Source of the DNA: Heteronotia binoei
Taxonomy: Eukaryota
Assembly (NCBI RefSeq): GCF_032191835.1
Contig: NC_083239.1
Location: forward strand, 372,001 to 436,000
Reading direction: 5' to 3'
Length of the DNA: 64,000 bases
The notes beneath the pieces are model-generated. The model saw only the letters and a list, made by a program, of their open reading frames with translations, was not told where the DNA came from and made no database searches. Below, in pieces: positions 35,504 through 48,640 of this stretch (positions are counted from its first letter, which is position 1; the number at the start of each line of letters is the position of its first letter). The position numbers and the translations under genes are program-made.

Positions 35504-36677
35504 CAGGGGTGTTGAACTTATTTGGTATGAGGGTTGGATCTGACATAAATGAGACCTTTTCGGGTAGGCCATGTATGTCATAAAATGTAATGCCAGGTGA
35601 TGGAGATATATGCTTCATGAAAGCACAGGCAAAAAAAGATTTTTAAACTTAAAGCATCCTTAAAACATTAGCACACTTGCAATATTTTATTTAACAGTCT
35701 CTGATTACTACGTCTTGCTCTGAATTATTGCATCAAATTCTAGAGACAATATCTGTGCTGTAGTAATCTTGAGTATGCTGTTCAGGTGTGTGTCTGTAAG
35801 TTGCAAACCTAATTTTGATTTATTGATATTCATTTCACTGCTCAGTACCCTAGGACCCAGGAGAAAAACATGAAATGGCTGGGCATTCTGAACTTTTGTA
35901 CATGTTGCTTTGTGTGCTGGTCAAGAACATGTGAAGGCAGCATGACACAGACTGAGGGCTATGTATTTTATCTACAGAACTGTAGTCTTCCCCAGAAAAA
36001 TAATTGCAATTCTTGTGAGGCTGGATCAAGGTCAGGAGGGCATTAATACAGTGCAAAAGAAATAGTCCACATTGCTTTCCTACTGAGAAAGACTGGATCA
36101 GAAGGGCATGAATACAGTGCAAAAGGGGGAGAGAACACAGTTGCACCCAGGACAGCCCTGGCAAAACAAGCTTAAACACACATGCACACACACACACACA
36201 CACACTGTGGCAAGGCAAAAAGCTTTTACCTTGAATAAAACTGTGTGGCTTTAAAGGTGCTTTTTGTATTTCTCCCATGCAATGCAGCTGAGCAAAGGAG
36301 CCTCCTGCACATTCCCTCTTCCCCCCACCTCTTATCCAAGGGAGGAGGAGGGAGGAGGAGCCTCAGCCAATGGAGGAGCTTGGCTCTGTTGCTTTGCTGT
36401 GCAATTGAGAGAGCGTGGCACAGAGTTCAGAGCCAAGCTCCTCCATTGGCTGAGGTTCCTCCTCCCTCCTCCTCCTCCCTTGGAGAAGATGGAGGGGGGG
36501 AGAGGGAAAGAGGCAAAGGCTGCTTTGCTTAGCTGCCTTGCACAGAAGAAATACAAAAATGGCGACCAGAGGAAGCAAGAGGGAGAAGGAAGCAGATGAC
36601 AGTCAGTTGCTTCTGGGACTGATAGGAGCTCTGAGGGGGGTAGTTCAGGCCCACTGGCCACTCATTTGACACATCTG
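35504..36677. mobile_element. hAT family C element, opposite orientation to 12886-14440
   Basis: Termini caggggtgttgaac / tttgacacatctg and shared subterminal blocks. TSD not recognisable. Confidence 0.7.
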
Positions 36678-36790
36678 ATTTAGGTATACTGGAATTGTAT
36701 TGGGGCACAGAGTCTGCCAGTCTGCTGCTGATCTTGTCTCCATGAAGACAGGTCTACAGTTGTCTGTCTGAAGCAGGATGGTTAGGCATA

Positions 36791-36870
36791 TGAACATATG
36801 AAGCTGCCTTATACTGAATCAGACCTTTGGTCCATCAAAGTCAGTATTGTCTTCTCAGACTGGCAGCGGC
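36791..36870 (-). mobile_element. 80-bp tail-only copy of the CR1-tailed tRNA SINE
   Basis: Identical to 30553-30632. Confidence 0.85.
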
Positions 36871-39204
36871 AGCTTGGGGATTAAGCACGGTCTGAAGTCC
36901 TTGAAGTTCTACGGGCAATTCTGTCCACAGTGCAACAATGCTTGGCTCAGCAGCAGGATAGTCCATGAGGGCCAAGTGCCCAAAGCTGACTTCGCATGAA
37001 TGGCAGTCTACATACAGTCCATTAGATAGTCAATAAATTCTGGCTCTTCGGTAACAGTCAAAGACTTTACACAGAGGCTGATTCTGTGACCTACATAAAT
37101 TATGCAATACCGTCCCATAATTTGCATAATTTATTCTGATTGTGCAATTCATGGGAGAGGCAAGGACTATGATGCTATCCAAGCCCCTGAAAAGCTTCTA
37201 AGATTCTTTGCTGCCATAAAGACTAGAAACATGCTTTTATTTTTTAAAAATGAAAATGGAACTTAACAATAAGCCCAATGCTGTATCCACTGTCACATTT
37301 TGTAATTTTTCTGTATTCCCAAGGAATCAGTCCCAAGCCCCAAATGGAGCTTATTTCCCACACTGAAGTAATGGTTGAGAGTGGTTTGTTTTTGAGCTAG
37401 ACAATGCTGTGCTCAGCTGCCAACCTGTAGACCTTCAGAGGATTGGGGATTAAAATGCCTATTCATCAGTGGGAAGATATAGGAACTGCAGATTCTTGCA
37501 TGCAGTGATCATGACTCATCCATTAATTAGAAGAACTGCAGGGACAGTGAGAAATTTCATTACACGGCATACATCTCCATATGTAGGTCAAGCGTGATCA
37601 TCAGACCATGAGATTTAACAGCTTGAGAGCATATTTCAATTAATAATGTAAACACACTTTCTCTAATTGATAATCAGTCATAGACAAACAAAATCCAGCT
37701 AGGACAGTGTGTTGAGAGATTTGCTTTGTTATCTATTATCAGCATAGATGCTGATGCTTCATCTTTCAGCCAAGGCTTTGAACTTTCAGGTTTTATTCCA
37801 AAGAAATAATTTAGGTTAAATTCTAAGTTCCAACCTGTTCTGCATGCCTTGCATCTTCCATGCAAGGCTTTCACTTTACCTTGTATAATGTAATTTAACT
37901 AATTAGCATAGGAGACTCTGAATTGGATACTGCATGTCTCAGGCAACCTAAGGACCTGGCTTGCCCATGGATGGAGGGCAATTGGCGCCATGGACTGAGA
38001 TCTGTGGAGATCAAGGCCTGCTAGGTGGTTGTGTCTCTGGGTGCCTTTCCTGCAGCCTTGCTTTGTTTGGGGTGGTGTGGCTGCAGGGCTTGGCTTGCCC
38101 CTGGAGGAAGGGCAATTGGCACAGCTGGCTGAGGTTGTCAGGTCAGAGGAGGACAACAGTCTTCTGGAGCTTTATAATATCGTGGTTCAATGCAAGGAAG
38201 AGACAAGGAAGTAGTGATCATAGCTCTTTATTTCAGTACAGGGCTGCACTCTAAGACTGGAGAACTGGGCCAACAGGGCCAACTATATACAACTCAGGGT
38301 TCCCACGCAAGCACGTTATTGGACCATTCAAACCAGCAGAGGGCCCATGATAGGAAGAGGGCAGCAGGGATTTGGATCCCACTGCCAATTGTTCCCGAGT
38401 CCCCAAGCTCAGTTGTTCAGGCTCCAATGAGCCAGGCAGGAACACCATTGATCCGTACTTTAGTCCACATACTGGAAGCTTCTAACTGGAAGAGGCGCTC
38501 GTGGCAGGCTGAGTGGAGGTGGTGGAAGGCAGCAGAGGCAGCATTTGGGCTGCAGGGGCTACGCAGAACTGCCTCCTTGATGCTGCATCTTGGCATGCAG
38601 GAAGAGGCCCAAGCTGCAGCAGAAGCCAACATCCAGTGGGCGGGCGGGCAGTTTAGTCCAGGAGGAGGGGGCTGGAGGGCAGTGGCAGGGTCAAAGGGTG
38701 CTCCTTGTAGGTCACTGCTGCTTGGCTCAGGCTCCCAATGCCCCAGACCACCTGCCTGCCACCCCTCCTGCCTGGCTGTCTCCCTCCTTGCGTGCATGTA
38801 CTCACTGTTTTGGCTCCTGCTGCTCACCAAGCTTCATTCACTTCCCAGCTGATTGCAGTGACTCAAATGCACAAGGCATTTTTTGAAAGAGAGGAGTGAT
38901 GCTGGTGGTTGGTGCCTGAGAGCTCCAGGCGGTGCCCTGGTGTGCGTGCTCTGCTTTGCGCTCTCAGCTTAGTCCCAAGCCAGGCAGGTGGGTGAGAGCA
39001 GGCTGAAGCAGGGGTAGTCTAACAGGAGGCTGTCCCCGCAAGATCAAGCATGCAAGGGTAGAGTTTGAAGTTCTGTGTCCAGTTTTTTTTAAATTGTTAA
39101 GAATCTGTTTTGTTAGCTGGAAGTTCTGGCAAGGGGCAGTGCAGCAAAATAAGAGTAGGAGTTCAGTGGGTGGCATAATTTCTGGTTGCTTCTAATGTGC
39201 TGCT

Positions 39205-39468
39205 GAAAGAAGAAGAAGAAAAAGAAGAAGAAATTGGATTTATATCTCGACCTCCACTCCGAATCTCAAAGTGGCTCACAATCTCCTTTATCTTCCTTCC
39301 CCACAACAGACACCCTGTGAGGTGGGTGGAGCTGAGAGAGTTTTTTCAAGGACAATTCCTGTGAGAGCTACGGCTGACCCAAGGCCATTCCAGCAGCTGC
39401 AAGTGGAAGAGTAGGGAATCAAACTCAGTTCTCCTAGATAAGGGTCTATACACTTAACCACTACACCC
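39205..39468 (-). mobile_element. Squam3-like tRNA/CORE SINE
   Basis: Family match in reverse. Confidence 0.85.
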
Positions 39469-41799
39469 ATGGCACCTTCAAGACACACCAGATTTACCCT
39501 AGTGTAAGTCAAAGCTCACCTCAGATGCATTAAGTGTTCATCTGTTAGCTAGATATATTTTTACTGAAAACTTCAGACAACGGAAAGAGAGGGGGGATGA
39601 GGAATTTATTGAAGACACCTTCCTACTTTCCCTTTCCTGGAGAGTTTCGTCCTTTTTAAAGTTGTGAATCCACTTAAAATTCGTTTACATTCCTTTTTGG
39701 AACATTGTGCTTGTTTTCCTGTAGGAGAAATGAGAGGTGCTTCAGGTTTTCAGATTCCTTCCTAGAAGCCACTTACTTGTTGATGTGAATGTATGATCTG
39801 TACTGACCATGGTCCAGGCTGGCTCCCATGGAGTGTGTGTGTGTGTGTGTGTGTGTGTCACCTGATGCTGGCACTGTTTGTGTATGGGGATGGACCACTG
39901 TAGATCCAAGTCAGATGGCTGGGGCCTGCTGCTGATGTGGCAAAATAATATTGTGCCTTTCAGTGGGGCCAGTTCACACATTCAGCTGCCCAGTGTCAAC
40001 AACTGGTTCACACATGTGGTCCAGTGTTTTGATTGTTACAGGGGGTGATGAATAGGCCTTGAGATTGTGTTTGCCTGTTACTGTGCAAATGGCATTACAG
40101 GAACTGAATGTTTGTGCTTAGAACAGTGAGTGCAAACCAGAAGATAAGTGTGTTTATTTATCTCCATTTATATCTCACTTTTCTCCCCAGTGGGGCCTCA
40201 AAGGAGCTTACATTTCCCCCTTCCATTTTATCCTCACAACAACCTGTCAAGTAGTGTGTGTCATTGTGTCATCCAGCAGGCCTCCATTGGACATTAAACC
40301 TGGGTCCTCAAATACTAATCTGACACACTTAACCACGATACTTTCTGTCTAGTACCCCTGTGAGGCAGAGAGAAGAATCTGGTTCTTAGGCAGCCTATTT
40401 GTGAATGGCTGGTTTGCACATGAGCGCGCTGCTTGGTGACAGATGAGCACGTCCCCAAGGTGTAGGGCTGGAGTTTGCCACCATTCATTAGTGCATCTGA
40501 TTTGCCAGCAATAACACCTGAGCACTGAACAAAATGTCAGAATCTGTCCAGAGCGCAGCGGAACCAAGGGTTGGCACCAGCCTGATGAACCTGTTGCACA
40601 TGTGCTCTTCTTTACATGCTTCAAAGCTGGGATTGGCTGCTCTGTTTGTTTGTGTGTGTGTGTGTGGTGATTATCCCACAATACAAGCTGAAATGTTGTA
40701 GCATTTATTTATTAAAAGATTTATATCCCATCTTTTATCATGTTTCAAGGCAGCTTAAAATTAACAGGCAGTGAATTTGTGGTCTGACTCATGCTTGTGA
40801 TGGGAGAGAGTGTGAGTCCCTTAGATGGTTTTTAAAGTGCTCTCCCTCTTTCAAGTGATGTCTAGTGTGGGATTTACGGAATACCGCTTGCCAAAATATT
40901 TCACTTTCAAGGAAAATTTCAGGAAATAAAAAAGAGGTTCTGCTGGCAGCTCAAGGCTGCTTTTATTCTTTCATGATACACATTCTGAGATTCTATCAGT
41001 ATATAGAAAAAATAACTGAACTCTTTTGCCTTCCAATACTTATTGAGCACAGAGGATTTTGCTTAGAGGATTCTGCTTTGAGTATCATACTGATCCACTA
41101 GTTGGAGCTGGACAAGAGCCGCTTGTGCCCTGTGACTTTGAGGATACTCTCTCATTTTCAAAATTGTCACCGTCCCACTTTTAAGGAGGCTGAGTTCAAA
41201 TGTGTCCTTGAAATGAGCATCTGCTCCTGTTTAGGGACCTCCCAAGTAATACTTCCTCTAGGCTGTGCAGTTCTGTGAGCAAAAATTCAACTTTGTGAGC
41301 TACTGGTATTAAAGTTGAGAGCTACTGCATAAATTAGTTTGCTCTGGGGCTATTAATAAGACAAAAATGTGTGAGCCAGAGGCTAAAAGACTATGTGCTA
41401 GTTCACAGTAACCCAGCTTAGAGGGGACGCTGCTCCCAACTGTAATGAATTGCTTTTTAGCTTTCATTTTCATTCACCATCCTTAGCAGGAATTGTAATA
41501 CCAGAAGGCATGAATAGTGTCAATGGGCAAATCAGATTAGCGAATCACTGATGCTAGTTGCACTTGCCAAACTTTGAGCTATGTTAGGGTGGAATTTGTT
41601 TGCAGTAGTACCACTTCCTGAAAGGCATTCTTCCTCCCCACACTGCATAATTAAAATTTGGGAGGGCTTATCCTTGTAGGGTACATGATTGTCATAAGAA
41701 GGGCTTTTTTTTCTGCCAGAGCAGAAAACAGAAGAAACCTATCTGTTTGAACTTAAATGTGTACCCTGGTATAAAATATATTTTAAGTAACTGAGTAAT

Positions 41800-44700
41800 T
41801 GCTATTCTAGGTGGTTTTTCCTGCCATACAAACTTGGAAGTCACTGCTGCTAGATACCAAAGATACCAAAGTGTTTGACACTCCTCTCTGGGGAAGAGTC
41901 TCCTCTCTGGAGAAGAGGCACTCAGAGGTAAGATGGATTCCTTCCTTCTTTCCTCTTTCCCTCCCTCCCTCTACCTTTTTCTGTCATTCATGGAAATGCA
42001 TAACATATTATGCCTACATGGTGCCTGATTCTCTTTCTGTCTCACTTCACAGAATATTGGTGATACGAGATGAGGAGGATCTCTTACTACTTTCAAAGCC
42101 CTCAAGCCAAACTCAGGGAGGCTGAGGAAGACATCTGCCTCTCAACATCAGGGGATTCTACTGATCCAGCTGGAGCTTCAACTCCTGGGAATACAAGATT
42201 TAATTCACAGACTGAAACAAGTGACTCCAGGGCACCAGCTGGATTTTCAACTCCTGGGATGGAGGACAGGTGTGAGTTCACAGACTGAAACAAGTGGGGA
42301 TTCTGCTGCAGCATCTTCAGTCACTGAAAGATGACCCAGCGGCTGGACTGTGGGACAGAAAAATGGATTTTTTGGGGGGGATGCCAAGTTGGGTTGCTCA
42401 ACGTGCACAAAGATTGGAGGCTTAGGCACAGAGAAAACTGCGGCTATATGTCTTTCCACAATTAATGAACTCAATTCTGGAAGATCTCTGGAGTCAGGTA
42501 GGAAGCAATGCCTGATGTTCCAAGGAGCAAATAATCCTTGGGGGAAAATACCCGAACTTTTGCCACGCCCGCCCCCCCCCCCCCCAGCTCCTGACATCTA
42601 AACAAGTTTTTTTTTATATATTACTCATTTTTGTTTTGTTTTTTAAAAGGGAGTCCAACCTCTCTTCAGAATCTTCATGGTCTTCAAGAGTACATATAAA
42701 AATTGTTTTAACCAGCGTAAGAGGAGAACGCTCTTTCCTTTTGCCAGCTCTATTTTCATTTAATAGAGTCACAGGGATTTAAGGCAGCCAGCATTAGTTG
42801 AGCAGAGGTGGAGTGATAGGCAATATAAGAATCTGAGCCATCCTGGAGCGCAGGGAGATGTTCTTATTAGTTCCTCTGAAAGTCAAGCACAGTCTTCTTT
42901 GGTGGACAGCAATGGACAATCTACTGCAAGGCGAGGGTTTTTATTCTCCTGCTGCCAAATAAATCTTCACAGATGCCAGCCTGCAGGGACGGGAGGTGGT
43001 CCTGAATGAGGTTCCAACTCAGGGTCTCTGTTCTACTCGAGAACAGACACTTGTGATGAATGTTCTGGAGCTCAGAGCCATCTGGCATGCTTTCAATTCC
43101 TTCTGCTCCAGCAGAAGTCACACCAACTGCATCAGGAAGCCACGAAGATCCTGTCATGGTCTCAGAGGAATCTTCTTTCAATATGTGCAGAACACATCAA
43201 GGGGGTGACCAACACCCAGGCAGACTGGCTCAACAGAGAACAGATCAGTTTCTCCACCTGAAACCATTCTAACTGCCCTGGTTCTTCACAAGATATTACC
43301 ATCCTACAGTGGAAGCGACCAATGCCCTGACATCCCCATGGCCTCAGGGGCTGCTGTTTGCATTCCCATTGAATCCTCCCATTCCCAAGATCATTCAGCA
43401 ACTACAGGAACAGAAAGCCAAGATCATTCTGGTGGCTTCTCAGTGGGCAAAGAAATAACAGGAAACGCGGGACAAGACAGCCCTTAGTGGGCAAGACAGC
43501 CCTGGTTCTCGGCATTGACAGAGTTGGAAATTCCATCTCCCTTCCTTCTCCCAGTGTTCCTAGACATGCTTCGGCAGGAACCTATTTTGGCATCCTCATC
43601 CAGATCAGTTGCATTTGACCACTCAGAAACTGAGCAGCAACATTTTCCCTAGCTAGGTTACTCTCCTGAAGTTTTAAACACCATTCTTTCTTCCAGACAA
43701 GAATCCACCATTTATATATATAATACTACCTGGAAGGCTTTTGTTTGTTGGTGCAGATGCAAGAAGGTCGATTCCCTGAATCCGTCAGTAACTTCTGTGC
43801 TTTCCTTCTGCATTCTGGTTTAAAATCAGTGACCCTATGTAGACAAATAGCAGCACACTCTACAGTCATTCCATCTACAGGCGAATACAAATTGACTAAA
43901 CAGCCACATGTCCGTTGTTTCTGAAGGGAGCAGCTCTCAGGGCTCTACCTCTACTCTATCAATTTTCCACATGGAGGCTTAACATTGTATTATCAGCTCT
44001 TACCAAGTCTCCATTTAAGTCTCCGTTTGAACCAATCTGGAAGGTCAGTCTGAAATGGCTTCACATGAAAACACTCTTAGTGGTGGTGACTTCAGCATGT
44101 AGAGTGCCTGAACTTAAAGTGTTGCCAATAAACTCTAACCTCTGCATCTTTTACAAGGACAAGGTCCTTGTAAAACCGATCCTACTTTTCTGCCAAAAGC
44201 ATCTTCCTTGTTTCACCGATCTCTGGAAATTTACCTTCCAACCTTTTGCCCTCAACCAAAACATCCCAAGGAATATGTATGCCATACTTTAGACATCTGT
44301 TGAGCACTGAAAATGTACATCTTGCTTACTTAGTCGATTAGGAAAACAGAGTGTATGTTTTCCCCACCTAAGACAGGTGACAAAATGTCCAAGGCATCCA
44401 TCATTTCAACTATCAAATCAGGCATTGTGGAGTCTTATAAGGCTTCAGGAATTGAAGTACCAAAGGGCATCACGGCACACTCTCTTCACAGTGCATCTAC
44501 TAATGCATCCTTTTCCAACCATGCCTCAGTAGATGAAGTATTCTACATGGTCATCTATTTCCATCTTTATTTGTCACTGCAAACTAAACATATTGGCTTC
44601 ATCTGGTGCAGCCTTTGGAAGAAGAGTCTTACAGCACATTTGTCAGCTCCTGCACAGTCCTCAATAATTAGGGCTTTTGCTGAGATTCAGAAAAGGTTTA

Positions 44701-45180
44701 TTGAAAGACACAAGATAACAGGTATGACTCTCTCTGTGTCAGATCCGGCTATAACTGGGCAAGCCAGATCTATATGCCCTCTTTCATGCTGTTGGTAGCC
44801 GGCCCAAATGCAAAGCCCACACAAAGCAGCAAAAGCAATTTCTCACCCAGCCCCCCATTGTGTGCCAGCAGGTGCCAAGACATTCTGGTGGGAGATAACT
44901 TGTCCTTAAGTTCCAGACACTGCCTCCCTCCCAAGGCAGAATGCGTACTTCATGTGTTACAGTCAAATGTGCACCCTGCCCCAATGTTCCCATCACAGTT
45001 ACATAGAACATCAAGGCCAGCGGCCCCAGCAAATACATGACATGGCAAGCCCCTTGACAGCATTGTGACCACAACTGACCCACCCATTTAAAGGAGACTG
45101 CTCTGGGAGCAGTCCCAAGGAGATGTCTTCCACCTCAGAGGAGAAGAACCCCTCACAGTAAGTAGCAATGGTCATTTTTA
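41800..45180 (+). mobile_element. Second DIRS1-like element remnant (RNase H, methyltransferase-like region, tyrosine recombinase)
   Basis: DASLQG..NVLELRAIWHA (about 42970-43060), FLKG...WRLNIVLSALT..PFEP and GITAHS (YR HxxR region) in ORFs 43915-44292 and 44355-44798. The 3' end (45140-45165) resembles 16455-16483. Confidence 0.8.
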
Positions 45181-45316
45181 TGTTGGACATAAAATTATGT
45201 AATATTAAAATGAACACTAGAAGGAGCAAAACACATGCATGACTTACCTATTGAAAACTATTACACAGATACTGGTGGGAACGGAGAATGTTCTGTTCCA
45301 AGCATTCATTAACAAT

Positions 45317-47387
45317 GCATGGTTAACAAACAAAGTAATGGAAGCTGTAAAGCATGGTTAACAAACAAAGTAATGGAAGCTGTAAAAGGTAAGAAGGACT
45401 CCTTTAAGCAGTGGAAAACCAGTCCAAGTGATATTAGTAAAAGGGAACACAGGCTGTGGCAAATCAAATGCAAGACTGTGATCAGGCAGGCAAAAAGGGA
45501 CTATGAGAAGCATATTGCAAAAAACATAAAGACCAACAATAAAACTTTCTTCAAATATATTAGAAGTAGGAAACCAGCCAGGGAGGCAGTGGGGCCCTTG
45601 GATGACCATGGGGTAAAAGGATTACTGAAGCAGGATAGGGAAATGGCTGAGAAGCTAAATGAATTTTTTGCCTCCGTCTTCACTGTGGAAGACGAGAACT
45701 TTTTGCCCTCCCCAGAACCACTAATTTTGGAAGGGGTGTTGAAAGACCTGAGTCAGATTGAGGTGACAAAAGAGGAGGTCCTACAACTGATAGACAAATT
45801 AAAAACTAATAAGTCACCGGGTCCGGATGGCATACATCCGAGAATTCTGAAAGAACTCAAAGTTGAACTTGTGGATCTTCTAACAAAAATCTGTAATCTT
45901 TCATTGAAATCTGCCTCCGTTCCTGAGGACTGGAAGGTAGCAAATGTCACCCCCATCTTTAAAAAGGGTTCCAGAGGAGATCCGGGAAATTACAGGCCAG
46001 TCAGTCTGACTTCAATACCGGGAAAGTTGGTAGAAACCATTATCAAGGACCGAATGAGTAGGCACATTGATGAACACGGGTTATTGAGGAAGACTCAGCA
46101 TGGGTTCTGCAAGGGAAGATCTTGCCTCACTAACCTGTTACATTTCTTTGAGGGGGTGAACAAACATGTGGACAAAGGCGACCCGATAGATGTTGTTTAC
46201 CTTGACTTCCAGAAAGCTTTTGATAAAGTTCCTCATCAAAGGCTCCTTAGAAAACTTGAGAGTCATGGAGTAAAAGGACAGGTCCTCTTGTGGATCAAAA
46301 ACTGGCTTAGTAATAGGAAGCAGAGAGTCAGTATAAATGGGCAGTCTTCGCAGTGGAAGATGGTAAGCAGTGGGGTGCCGCAGGGCTCGGTACTGGGTCC
46401 CATGCTCTTTAACTTGTTCATAAATGATTTAGAGTTGGGAGTGAGCAGTGAAGTGGCCAGGTTTGCGGATGACACTAAATTGTTCAGGGTGGTGAGAACC
46501 AGAGAGGATTGTGAGGAACTCCAAAGAGATCTGTTGAGGCTGGGTGAGTGGGCGTCAACGTGGCAGATGCGGTTCAATGTGGCCAAGTGCAAAGTAATGC
46601 ACATTGGGGCCAAGAATCCCAGCTACAAATACAAGTTGATGGGGTGTGAACTGGCAGAGACTGACCAAGAGAGAGATCTTGGGGTCGTGGTAGATAACTC
46701 ACTGAAAATGTCAAGACAGTGTGCGTCTGCAATAAAAAAGGCCAACACCATGCTGGGAATTATTAGGAAGGGAATTGAAAACAAATCAGCCAGTATCATA
46801 ATGCCCCTGTATAAATCGATGGTGCGGTCTCATTTGGAGTACTGTGTGCAGTTCTGGTCGCCGCACCTCAAAAAGGATATTATAGCATTGGAGAAAGTCC
46901 AGAGAAGGGCAACTAGAATGATTAAAGGGTTGGAGCACTTTCCCTATGAAGAAAGGTTGAAATGCTTGGGACTCTTTAGCTTGGAGAAACGTCGACTGCG
47001 GGGTGACATGATAGAGGTTTACAAGATAATGCATGGGATGGAGAAAGTAGAGAAGTACTTTTCTCCCTTTCTCACAATACAAGAACTCGTGGGCATTCGA
47101 TGAAATTGCTGAGCAGAAAGGTTAAAACGGATAAAAGGAAGTACTTCTTCACCCAAAGGGTGATTAACATGTGGAATTCACTGCCACAGGAGGTGGTGGC
47201 GGCCACAAGTATAGCCACCTTCAAGAAGGGTTTAGATAAATATACGGAGCACAGGTCCATCAGTGGCTATTAGCCACAGTGTATGTGTGTATATAAAATT
47301 TTTTGCCACTGTGTGACACAGAGTGTTGGACTTGATGGGCCGTTGGCCTGATCCAACATGGCTTCTCTTATGTTCTTATGTTCTTAT
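45317..47387 (+). mobile_element. Young 5'-truncated CR1 LINE (RT nearly intact)
   Basis: 594-aa ORF 45319-47103 with all RT motifs (GVPQGSVLGP, FADD), one small deletion near the C-terminus, (ttatgttc)n tail. Confidence 0.96.
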
Positions 47388-48444
47388 TAAACCTTGCTTG
47401 GAAGAATTCATGTTAAAGTCTCTGAAGGAAACTGAGGTAAGTTGCTGCTGGTATCAATCCAATATCTTCTTCTTCTATCACTTCTCAGGCTAAAATGGCT
47501 GAAAGAGGCAGGAAGGCAATCACTAGTGCCATTAATCATGTGGCATTCTAACCTTCTTGCATATGATCTCTGTGGCTTTTAGCCATTAACCCAGTGGCCA
47601 GTGCTACTGGTTGTGCCATATGCCTTTCAGCTGACAGTGCTCTTTTTAAAAAATAGAACTTGAAATAGAGTTATAATAATTCAACTTATTACATGAATGC
47701 CTTTTTTAAAGCTCTGAATGCAGAAGTCCAATAATCCGCCAACTGATATCTGCATCTTATGGCTTCATGCCTTGAAATATGTGCTGGCCATACATATCTT
47801 CATGATAACCCTTCAAATGAAGCTACTATAAATGTACTTAACTTTAGCTAGAAGTATTGGGTTCCTTAAATGCCCACATTCTAACTTGCTGTCTCCACAG
47901 ATCCAGTGCTTTGCCTTATGAAACCCATAACCTGATTCACTCAATGCATTCGAAAATATGAGTATATGGAGAGAGAAAATGGGATTATGTCCTTTCTCCC
48001 TGACCTGTACCCCCACCTTATAATGAGGGGTGGTTGTAGGGTTCTCCCCTGGGTGAGCAGCCATCCCTTCCTCCCTGCTTGACAGAGCAACAGGAGCAAA
48101 AACAGCAGGGGAAATGGCATTGTGCAATGCCATCATGTCACTTCCGGCTGAGTACCTGGAAGTGGTGTCACCACATTGCGCCACACTCCAAGGATCTTCT
48201 CAGTAAATCCTAGAGTGTCATGTGATGTGGTGATGTCATTTTGGGGTATTCAACTGAAAGTATGCTTTCCTCCCCAGTCTCCACTCCCAAATTCTTCACA
48301 CTGTTGCCAGTGGAGGACTGGCAATCCAAGCTGGTTGTGACCTTGTTGTCTTTGCGATGGGCATGAAACTCTTTGTTCAAAATCAAAGTGTTGCTATGTT
48401 TTCTCTCTAAAATAACTACTGCTTTTTACAATGTAGATGAAATT

Positions 48445-48640
48445 CTAGCCAGACTTGGACAGTGCAAGCTAGCCTGATCTCATCAGATCTCTGGGTCAGC
48501 TTTGGTCACTACTTGGATGGAAGGCAAGGAATACCAGAGTTGCTACAGAGACAGGCATGCCAGACCACCTCTGAAAGTCTCTTCCCATGAAAATCCGATG
48601 AGGTCGCCATAAGGTCAGATGTGACTGATGAAGAAAAAAA
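48445..48640 (+). mobile_element. 5S rRNA-derived SINE (SINE3-type) with BovB-like tail, degraded
   Basis: gcctgatctcatcagatctc...tacttggatgg resembles the 5S rRNA internal region. Tail ggtcgccataag..tgact resembles the BovB end. Confidence 0.6.

Noticed and set aside
38190-38852. 220-aa ORF and overlapping antisense ORFs
   Set aside because: GC-rich, low-complexity translation with no recognisable domain or splice structure. Probably the interior of a decayed repeat.
45319-47103. 594-aa ORF as a host or domesticated gene
   Set aside because: It is a standard 5'-truncated CR1 ORF2 with an artefactual start from a 35-bp duplication and a C-terminal frameshift.
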